Program-made: the position numbers and the translations under genes | The notes under the pieces: generated by a model | Databases searched by the model: none | What the model saw: the letters and a program-made list of their open reading frames with translations, nothing else | What the model was told of the DNA's origin: nothing | Origin: a virus | Length of the DNA stretch: 36,017 nt | Reading direction: 5' to 3' (one strand) | IMG/VR virus record: IMGVR_UViG_3300045988_158494 | In this document: one piece after another, positions 1 to 6,771 of the stretch | Position numbering within the stretch: position 1 is the stretch's first letter | How the letters are laid out: each line of letters begins with the position of its first letter

Positions 1-37
1 CCTGCTGCTTCAGTCGATCGGGCGGCCTGCTGCGGAT
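1..37. repeat. Terminal tandem repeat: one full 25-bp unit CCTGCTGCTTCAGTCGATCGGGCGG (1-25) plus a 12-nt diverging partial unit (26-37)
   Basis: Read directly. Bases 1-28 are identical to 35990-36017, so the window ends overlap inside the same array. Confidence 0.95.
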
Positions 38-125
38 TGTTCTAAAAGTCGGATTTTCTTGTAACGTATTGATACACAGGGAGTATAACAAAATCTTATC
101 GTCTGGTCGCTTGGTATAAAAAATC

Positions 126-426
126 TTCATATCCACAAAATTTACACAACTTATTGATTTACAGACTATTAATGTGGGATATGTAACTGCTTGAAAGCCA
201 GTCGAATAGTTTTTAAATTTTTTTATATACACACGTATATCGCTGAAAATCAATACGATGCCAAAAAGTGGGATATGAAAACGAGTTTTCGAAACTTTTC
301 CGGAAAATCGGCACTTTTCAAAAACGGTCATTTTCTCAAAAAAGTTTCGATTTTCATATCCCACCACCAACAAAAGGCGCGTAATGTGTTGAGAACGAGC
401 CAAAATAGGTCCGTTTCATATCCACA
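126..426. promoter_or_regulatory. Cluster of five 12-mer sites T(T/A)CATATCC(C)AC in both orientations (126-137 +, 174-185 -, 268-279 -, 353-364 +, 415-426 +); DnaA-box-like iterons
   Basis: Strings read on both strands. ATATCCACA at 129-137 and 418-426 matches 8 of 9 positions of the bacterial DnaA box TTATCCACA. Weaker variants lie at 565-575, 35792-35799 and 35815-35821. Confidence 0.55.
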
Positions 427-479
427 CCGCTGGGGGGAAATCGCGTAAAGGTTTGAAAATCAAATAGAAAAAAATTCAA

Positions 480-516
480 CTAAATGTCCTTTTTTTTGTT
501 CTAAATGTCCTTTTTT
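480..516 (+). repeat. Two copies of CTAAATGTCC followed by T-runs (480-497, 501-516); inverted copies GGACATTTAG at 724-733 and 836-845; degenerate copy at 631-640
   Basis: Exact 10-mers read on both strands inside an AT-rich tract. Confidence 0.8.
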
Positions 517-580
517 CACTTTTCATTTTGCAATCTGTTTAGTATCAATAATTTAGCCCCTTTTTTATCCCCACACTTAT

Positions 581-636
581 TTTTGACTAACCGCGTAAAT
601 AGCGGTAAATTAGTGTGTTACGCAGTTAGTCAAAAT
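581..636. repeat. 11-bp perfect inverted repeat TTTTGACTAAC / GTTAGTCAAAA with a 34-nt spacer
   Basis: Arms at 581-591 and 626-636 are exact reverse complements. Confidence 0.85.
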
Positions 637-670
637 GTCCTATTTTGGAACTCGATCGTACCTAAAAAGT

Positions 671-695
671 TAAGTTGCTGATAACCAGCAACTTA
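671..695. promoter_or_regulatory. Perfect 10-bp-arm palindrome TAAGTTGCTG-ATAAC-CAGCAACTTA (operator-like site or hairpin)
   Basis: Arms at 671-680 and 686-695 are exact complements. It is related to the site at 746-770 by a compensatory C:G to T:A change. Confidence 0.7.
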
Positions 696-722
696 TAATC
701 GGAATAGGCCGACCGGGTTATG

Positions 723-853
723 CGGACATTTAGAACATTTTTACATAAGTTGTTGAAACTCAACAACTTATCGACGTTCCACGTGGAGCAACTTATCGAC
801 GTTCCACGTGGAACACCACAATACCGGACATTTAGAACATTTTCCAGGCGCCC
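723..853. repeat. Composite repeat: the 19-bp direct repeat CGGACATTTAGAACATTTT (723-741, 835-853) flanks a 25-bp tandem duplication (764-787, 789-812) carrying CACGTG-centred palindromes
   Basis: CAACTTATCGACGTTCCACGTGGA occurs twice with period 25. GTTCCACGTGGAAC at 801-814 is a perfect 14-bp palindrome and TCCACGTGGA at 778-787 a perfect 10-bp one. A third TCCACGTG lies at 1299-1306. Confidence 0.9.
746..770. promoter_or_regulatory. Perfect 11-bp-arm palindrome TAAGTTGTTGA-AAC-TCAACAACTTA (second copy of the operator-like site)
   Basis: Arms at 746-756 and 760-770 are exact complements. Confidence 0.7.
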
Positions 854-901
854 CGATCTTGTCGCCGTTTCGGCGATTTTCGCCTGTTTTCTCGCTTTTC
901 G

Positions 902-943
902 GCGATCCGGCGGTTAGGGTAGGACGCCGATCCGCCGGATCGC
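902..943. repeat. 12-bp perfect inverted repeat GCGATCCGGCGG / CCGCCGGATCGC with an 18-nt spacer
   Basis: Arms at 902-913 and 932-943 are exact reverse complements. Confidence 0.85.
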
Positions 944-1005
944 GCGTCGCACCGAATAATTTCCCCGCTTCGGCCACAACGTGCAGACGAAACGGCGAAA
1001 AACGT

Positions 1006-1133
1006 TACCGCCGAAACGTTTTGCCGCCGAAACGCTTTACCGTCGTTTCGACGCATCGCCGAATAGACGAATAATCGAAACGTAACGAAAACGGGATAAA
1101 CGTTTAGTCGATTAGACGTTTCGGCGATTAATC
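1006..1133. repeat. Degenerate tandem array of about 16-bp period built around CGAAACG/CGTTTCG (about 8 units)
   Basis: Units such as TACCGCCGAAACGTTT, TGCCGCCGAAACGCTT and TACCGTCGTTTCGACG follow each other in register. The CGAAACG or CGTTTCG 7-mer occurs at 866, 988, 1012, 1028, 1044, 1076, 1117 and 1402. Confidence 0.5.
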
Positions 1134-1316
1134 GGAACTTTAGAACAAAATTTGCCGATTTTTCGAGGGGTAAACAGGGCGACGGGGCGACGGCACATAC
1201 CGACATCCGAGTCGCAGAAAAAAAAATTAAAATGGAAAAATTACGTTTGTAAAAATTTTTAATAACCGTTTGGGCGGCTCGCACCCCGACGACCCGCCTC
1301 CACGTGTGCCGTCTGC

Positions 1317-1342
1317 TCGATCGGCCGGGCCCTGCTGCGGAT
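1317..1342. repeat. Degenerate internal copy of the terminal-repeat junction (TCGATCGG-CCGGGC-CCTGCTGCGGAT versus TCGATCGG-GCGG-CCTGCTGCGGAT at 14-37)
   Basis: Direct comparison of the two strings. Together they bracket the 1.28-kb repeat-rich block. Confidence 0.75.
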
Positions 1343-1361
1343 CGACGACCCGGCGCCCCGC

Positions 1362-1381
1362 CTATATAAATATAGGTATGT
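1362..1381 (+). promoter_or_regulatory. Candidate promoter element CTATATAAATATAGGTATGT facing the + (virion) arm, 69 nt before the first + gene
   Basis: A near-identical element in the opposite orientation lies at 35913-35931. It overlaps the 16-bp palindrome CCTATAT-AA-ATATAGG (1361-1376). The following TATGTTTTG resembles, but does not exactly match, the Bacteroidota -7 box TAnnTTTG. Confidence 0.4.
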
Positions 1382-1449
1382 TTTGTTCATAGGCGTGCAG
1401 ACGAAACGGAGAAAAATTCCGTATATTTACACAAAGGAAAAGTGCGTAT

Positions 1450-1674
1450 ATGGAGAAAATCAAAGCCAAGCTAAATGCGCTTACACGGCTCGTTCTGTCC
1501 GGAACGTTAGACGAGGAGCAAAGGCGTGAGGTAAACGCGCAGCTAACTACGTTGAGAAACTTGATAGCTACGTGGAGAGCCTATGATGGCTACGAAGGTG
1601 AGATCGACCCCGACGCATTATCCGACGACAATACGACCAGACAGAAACGTACATCAAATGCGAAATGGGACTAA
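1450..1674 (+). CDS. Hypothetical 74-aa helical/charged protein; its position suggests a small terminase subunit
   Basis: ATG ORF and first gene of the + arm, overlapping the terminase start by 10 nt. No motif recognised. Confidence 0.5.
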   Translation: MEKIKAKLNALTRLVLSGTLDEEQRREVNAQLTTLRNLIATWRAYDGYEGEIDPDALSDDNTTRQKRTSNAKWD

Positions 1675-3092
1675 CGACTAAAATCAAACTGACCGTGAAG
1701 CAGGAACGCGCGGTTGATCTACTCGACGACGCGATCCATGACATCGAGCTGCTGCTCGGTGGTTCCGGTTCGGGAAAGTCGTTTGTCGAAGCGTACAAAG
1801 TTGTACGTGACACCCTTCGGTACTGCGCTCCGTCGTTGATCTGCCGTGACAAGTACGTGGACTTGCAACAAGGTATGATCGACCAAATTATCCCGGCGAT
1901 CCTCCAAGCGATCGCCGAGGCTAACGGGCATAACGGTAGCTGGACTACGTGGAAGATCGACGGGTTGAAGTTCGCCCAGTGGGGGGAAAAGAAAACGAAG
2001 CTGACGTTTTGTAACGGTGCTTATATACGTTTCGGTGGTCTTTCGAAACGTGATCTGTCCGAAAGTGGATCGGATAAGATTCTGTCCCCGTCATGGCTCC
2101 ACATTCTCGTGGAGGAGGTTTCCGAGTGCGAGTGGGACATCATCGAGTTGCTCATTACTCGATTACGTTTTCAAGTAAAGGGCGTGCTGAATAAGTTAAT
2201 GATGACGGAGAACCCGCCTTCGATCAATCACTGGTCGTATCGTCGTTTTTTCGAACACAAACGCGAGGATGGCTCTACGATGTCCGACGACGAGATAGCA
2301 AGGTATGCGTATCTCGAAATGCAACCGAAGGACAACGTGGAGAACCTCGGCGAAGCGTATATACGAAACCTGTCGCAGCTCTCCGGTGCGAACCGTGAAC
2401 GATTCTACGAAGGGCGATTCCAAGATACGGAGAGTGGTGACATCCTCAAACGTATTCAATGGACGGACAATCTCCCGAGATCGTTTGACTGGGACAAGTT
2501 GATAATTTACACGGACCCCACGCCGCTGACTGGCAAAGAGCACAGCATCTACGCGGACTACAAGGCGAGCGTTCTGTGCGGTCTGTTCGAAGGCGTAACG
2601 TACGTTCTCGACATACGTATGATCCGCGGATCGACGTTGGACCTGCTCAACAACATACGTCAGTTGTGGGACGCATCGCCTAACCAATCCATCACCGAGC
2701 TGTGGATGGAGAAAAAAGGTGTGCCGAGCGACTTTAACCAAGTCCTCGTACAGTTCGCGTCCATGACCGGGTGGTCGGTGCCGATCCAATGGGACACACG
2801 GGTGTTCGGTGACAAAAAAGCTGCAATCGAAACGTTCTTGCAGCCGCTGTTTGAGAACGACATGATCTTCTTTAACCAAGCGTTCAGAGACACGGAGCGA
2901 GGCCGACAGGCCCAGTTCCAAATCTTGAAGTTCTCGCGTAAGGCAAACAAGAACGTACACGACGACATCCCGGACGCAATCATGCGAGCCGATACCAAAA
3001 TGAAGGGTAAGCAGAAGCGAAAGCACATACGTAACGCACGTTTAGTTGCTTTCGTTAAGCCTGCCTATATTCACGACAAGGCAAATGGATAA
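1665..3092 (+). CDS. terL: Terminase large subunit
   Basis: 475 aa. Walker A is LLLGGSGSGKS and a Walker B-like motif is HILVEEVSE. The C-terminal RNaseH-type nuclease acidic motifs are IIYTDPT and VHDDIPDAIM. Confidence 0.85.
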   Translation: MGLTTKIKLTVKQERAVDLLDDAIHDIELLLGGSGSGKSFVEAYKVVRDTLRYCAPSLICRDKYVDLQQGMIDQIIPAILQAIAEANGHNGSWTTWKIDGLKFAQWGEKKTKLTFCNGAYIRFGGLSKRDLSESGSDKILSPSWLHILVEEVSECEWDIIELLITRLRFQVKGVLNKLMMTENPPSINHWSYRRFFEHKREDGSTMSDDEIARYAYLEMQPKDNVENLGEAYIRNLSQLSGANRERFYEGRFQDTESGDILKRIQWTDNLPRSFDWDKLIIYTDPTPLTGKEHSIYADYKASVLCGLFEGVTYVLDIRMIRGSTLDLLNNIRQLWDASPNQSITELWMEKKGVPSDFNQVLVQFASMTGWSVPIQWDTRVFGDKKAAIETFLQPLFENDMIFFNQAFRDTERGRQAQFQILKFSRKANKNVHDDIPDAIMRADTKMKGKQKRKHIRNARLVAFVKPAYIHDKANG

Positions 3093-3154
3093 AATCGTAC
3101 AGATGTCCCAAGAAGAGCTGCAAAGCCTCGGGTGGACGATAAGCGTGACGGAAA

Positions 3155-3604
3155 ATGGGCAAGACGTTAGTAGTGATTCTACTGGTGCTTTGTAGCTTCG
3201 CGTGCACCAAGACGGTGTACGTTCCAGTAGAGACCGTGAGAACGGTTACAAAAACAGAGCGTGACACCGTTGTGCAGGTGAAGATCGAGCGCGAAAGCGT
3301 CTTTGTCAGAACGAGAGACACTATTGCCCGCGCGGAGACAAGTATCGCCGAAGCAGAAGCACGTGTTTCCGGCGGGCAGTTAGCTCTCGACCTACGTAAC
3401 AAGGACACAACGGTAGCCGCGGAGACAAAAGTCATAGTCATCAACACGGTAGATTCAATCCCGTACGTCGTACCCACGCCTGTCGAAGTAAAAGTAAGGT
3501 ACGTAGCGTGGTACGATAAGTTGATCCGATGGGCCGGGCTTGCGATTCTCGTTTTGAGTGCGTTCGGCGTAACAATTTTTGATATACGTAAACTGTTTAA
3601 GTGA
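3155..3604 (+). CDS. Lipoprotein-signal protein with a C-terminal transmembrane helix (unimolecular-spanin-like architecture)
   Basis: The N-terminus MGKTLVVILLVLCSFAC looks like a signal peptide with a Cys. The middle is beta-rich. The C-terminus has the TM segment WAGLAILVLSAFGVTIF followed by basic residues. Confidence 0.6.
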   Translation: MGKTLVVILLVLCSFACTKTVYVPVETVRTVTKTERDTVVQVKIERESVFVRTRDTIARAETSIAEAEARVSGGQLALDLRNKDTTVAAETKVIVINTVDSIPYVVPTPVEVKVRYVAWYDKLIRWAGLAILVLSAFGVTIFDIRKLFK

Positions 3605-4029
3605 TGGACTATTTGGTGCAAATCATCCTTGCTTGCATTGGGGTGATTGGTGGTGGTAGCTCGGTGGTGATGTGGGTAATGTTTCGCAAGCAAACGGCAC
3701 GTATCAAAAACGCCGAAGCGGTTGAAAAGGAGGTCCAGTCACTACGCAGTACCGTAGAAACGTTGCAGCAGCAACAGGAGTTCTACGAAAAACGTTTGAA
3801 AGCGATGCAGGAGTTGATTATCGGAAAGGATAACTACATTGAGGTTATCTCGCACGATAAGCAGGTACTCGAAGTAAAGCACGCAAAAAATAAAAGCGCG
3901 ATCAATCGCGCTCACGAGTGCGAGTTCTGTAAGGGCGATTCGTCGAAGTGCCCCGTTCTCGCGCAGAAAAATAAAAACGACGACGAGTATTTACACAGTA
4001 TAGAGCACAAAAATGACACGAGCGTTTAA
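3604..4029 (+). CDS. N-terminal TM plus coiled-coil protein (i-spanin-like or holin-associated)
   Basis: The ATG overlaps the upstream TGA (TGATG). The TM segment is LVQIILACIGVIGGGSSVVMWVMF, followed by a heptad-like charged helix and a Cys-rich tail ECEFCKGDSSKCP. Confidence 0.55.
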   Translation: MDYLVQIILACIGVIGGGSSVVMWVMFRKQTARIKNAEAVEKEVQSLRSTVETLQQQQEFYEKRLKAMQELIIGKDNYIEVISHDKQVLEVKHAKNKSAINRAHECEFCKGDSSKCPVLAQKNKNDDEYLHSIEHKNDTSV

Positions 4030-4873
4030 TATCGAAGGACTTGTACGCCTTCAAAACTATATGGGAGGCAAAACGTTGAGCGACGCCCAGTTCTTTGCGG
4101 TACTCAACGCGGATGTCGTTGAAATGATCGACGGTGAGGAGAGCACGACGAAGCGTCGTTACTTTCGTATCGCTGAGAACGACGAGAGCATAACGTTTTC
4201 GTGCATCCTCGGATCGTCGCAGCAGCAGATGGTAGTGACCAAAGCTACCAAGCAGCTCGACGTTACGACTACGGAGATCGGCGGTGGTATCACCCCCGGC
4301 TCGATCACGACTGAAATGCTTGCCGATGGGGCGGTTACGGGTGCGAAGATTAAAGACTTGAGCATAAGTATCTCTAAACTTGTAGACAATGTAATAGTCT
4401 CAAGTAAAATCGCAAACGGTGCCGTAACGTCAGAGAAACCCGCCGCAGGTCTCGACGTTTCGGGTCTGTTCTTTATCCTCCCCGAGGGTACGCAGTTCCC
4501 CTACACGTTGACGGACGATGAGTACGAAAAACTATCGAAAGCGTCTTTTATGATGCTGTATAGTAGTACTACTAATGCGTATTTTGTACTTTCACCATCA
4601 GGTCTGACAAATAGACCCACCGGAAGTTGGTGGGGTAGTTACAGTAATGGGTCGTTCGTAAGGGTTACGATATCGGGTAAAGAAGTGGGTATTCCGGGTA
4701 TCGTTACTATATCGGATAACTCAGCTGTAAAATTCACTTCTCAAACGCTCACTGCCGAGCAGAAAACGCAGGCGAGAACGAACATCGGTGCAGCGGAAGA
4801 CCCGAATACGTCCGGCGATCCGCAAGCTACGTTGGAGGAGCCACCCGTTGTAGACGAGGAACCTATACCATAA
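4013..4873 (+). CDS. Fibre-repeat-containing structural protein (candidate head fibre or second receptor-binding protein)
   Basis: 286 aa. It has the repeats ITTEMLADGAVTGAKIKD / SSKIANGAVTSEK, of the same type as in the tail fibre at 19912-20919, and a Pro/Glu-rich C-terminus. Confidence 0.6.
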   Translation: MTRAFNIEGLVRLQNYMGGKTLSDAQFFAVLNADVVEMIDGEESTTKRRYFRIAENDESITFSCILGSSQQQMVVTKATKQLDVTTTEIGGGITPGSITTEMLADGAVTGAKIKDLSISISKLVDNVIVSSKIANGAVTSEKPAAGLDVSGLFFILPEGTQFPYTLTDDEYEKLSKASFMMLYSSTTNAYFVLSPSGLTNRPTGSWWGSYSNGSFVRVTISGKEVGIPGIVTISDNSAVKFTSQTLTAEQKTQARTNIGAAEDPNTSGDPQATLEEPPVVDEEPIP

Positions 4874-4879
4874 TACGTT

Positions 4880-5455
4880 ATGTCATTTGTAGCTACTGCA
4901 CAGAAAACCGTAGTCGATCCGTCCGGAGACGAGATCCTCTACACATACTCCGCCGAAGCGTCGACCAGTGAGCTCGCTTTGCAGCAGGTTTGCATCTACG
5001 CGTCTATGGTCGAGTACGGTATGGTGGCGGACAAATGGCAGCCGAAGGACATGGCGTTTCCACGCGAACAGTTGTACCAGTTTATCCAACCGTCCCAGTT
5101 GGAGAACATCGAGAGTATGTACCCGGACGCTGTTGCGACGGCGTATCAAAGCGCTCTCGCGTACGTTCAATCGTATATTGGTAATATGTTCGACGTGGAC
5201 GCTATGTTATCTTCGGAATCTACAACGTCTACCGCTTTGACGCTGCGTTTGGCGCTTGCAATTAGTACGGTAACGTACGTACTCGCATCGTCCCCGCAGT
5301 ATTCCGAGGTGATCGAACTTCATAACCGACAGCTTCAGACGCTGTTGAGAGGTCTGAAAGCGGGTAGCCGTAACATGGGCAAAGATGGAATCATCGCCGA
5401 CCCGAACGTACGTGCTACCGTCGTTAAGTTACAGAAAACAGGAGCTAAACCATGA
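4880..5455 (+). CDS. Hypothetical virion protein (possibly a head-completion/adaptor protein)
   Basis: 191-aa ATG ORF overlapping the next gene by 4 nt (ATGA). The function is a guess from context only. Confidence 0.55.
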   Translation: MSFVATAQKTVVDPSGDEILYTYSAEASTSELALQQVCIYASMVEYGMVADKWQPKDMAFPREQLYQFIQPSQLENIESMYPDAVATAYQSALAYVQSYIGNMFDVDAMLSSESTTSTALTLRLALAISTVTYVLASSPQYSEVIELHNRQLQTLLRGLKAGSRNMGKDGIIADPNVRATVVKLQKTGAKP

Positions 5456-6771
5456 AAAACCCGTACAACATACTCAACTACTTTGGTGCTACGGGGGCCA
5501 AGATTCAAGCTCTACCGCAGAACTACGCGTTCGAGCTCACGATGGCTACGTGGTGGAGCGCTGTTCAGAGGGCCCGACTGTACTCCGATTACGTAGGCCT
5601 CGACGCACTATACTCATACGTTATGAAGAGCAGCACGATCATACGGTCGGCTATCGACAAACGTTTGAGACCGTTACGATCCCGTACGTTTGCCGTCTAC
5701 GTAAACGGCAAAGAGCGTACCGATCTGACCGACAAATTGGCCAACTCGCCCACCATGCGGGACTTGATTTACCAAAGAGGTTTGGCGAACTTCACCTACG
5801 CTCGTGTGATAGGTGTGGACAGGAACGGCGAAACGTTCATCTATCCTCTTCGAAACCTCGACACGGTGAACCGGGCTGTACGTAAGATGACGTATGACAT
5901 ACAGGACGTTTTTCTTGTGAAAAACCACGTGAACTTGTTTTGGATGCAGACGTCGTACAAGTCGGAGGACACGTTGGGGCTCCTCGAACCCATCTGCCGC
6001 GACTACATTAACTTAATGAACGCGCAGAACAACTGGCAGACCGCTTCGCAGTATCAAGCGTACCAGCAGCCTGTCATGTATTACGAGAACGGAGACGAAA
6101 AGATGCAGCAGGCCGCCGAGCAAAGCGCCGCGCAGGTCGGTCTCGGAACAGTAATCGTTTCCGGTAAGTCCACCGACGAAATCTCCGGGAAGGTTGTGAA
6201 AGACCTCGAACTGGAGAACGTAGGCACAGGTACGGCTGCGGACACGTTCCGCATCTTCAAAGAGAACATCGAACAGCTTCGCGGCTCGATTATGCAGCTC
6301 GTTCTCGGCTCATCGTTGCTCGGAATGAGTGACAAGAACACGAACTCTGAACGTTTAGTGCGGGCCCACTTGAAGTTGTTCCGTGATATACAGGAGAGCG
6401 ACGCTATCGACGTTCAAGACTGGTTGAACTTGCGTGAGAACAAGATAAAACTCGCGTACATTTTCAACGAGCCGGACATCGAGAACTGTACGTTCAAGGT
6501 AAAACCGCTCAACTACATCGACATTGGCGACGTTGAAGCGTACGTTAACATGATTAAAGAGCTCGGCCTCGGGGCCACGAGGGACTTTATTTTCAAAACT
6601 GGCCTCGATCCGGATGACGTTACAGGCTATGAAAACGCTCAAAACGTTAGTGAGGGAGGCAAACGACCTGGCTCGCTACCTCAAAAAGGGAATGCTAAAA
6701 GAAGTGTCGCAAACGTGGTTGTGGACTTCACAAAACGCATTTTTAAGCGAAACAGATCCGTCGACAGGTAA
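5452..6771 (+). CDS. Portal protein (assigned by size and synteny)
   Basis: 439 aa, in the head module downstream of the terminase, and preceded by AGGAG. No diagnostic motif recalled. Confidence 0.6.
   Translation: MKNPYNILNYFGATGAKIQALPQNYAFELTMATWWSAVQRARLYSDYVGLDALYSYVMKSSTIIRSAIDKRLRPLRSRTFAVYVNGKERTDLTDKLANSPTMRDLIYQRGLANFTYARVIGVDRNGETFIYPLRNLDTVNRAVRKMTYDIQDVFLVKNHVNLFWMQTSYKSEDTLGLLEPICRDYINLMNAQNNWQTASQYQAYQQPVMYYENGDEKMQQAAEQSAAQVGLGTVIVSGKSTDEISGKVVKDLELENVGTGTAADTFRIFKENIEQLRGSIMQLVLGSSLLGMSDKNTNSERLVRAHLKLFRDIQESDAIDVQDWLNLRENKIKLAYIFNEPDIENCTFKVKPLNYIDIGDVEAYVNMIKELGLGATRDFIFKTGLDPDDVTGYENAQNVSEGGKRPGSLPQKGNAKRSVANVVVDFTKRIFKRNRSVDR

Noticed and set aside
191-1284. ORFs inside the non-coding block: 191-448 (+), 720-917 (+), 768-977 (-), 808-1074 (+) and 832-1284 (-).
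   Set aside because: The 191-448 ORF starts with TTG rather than ATG, and the others translate straight through the direct and inverted repeats. They overlap one another in several frames and give implausible low-complexity peptides. There is no support for coding.
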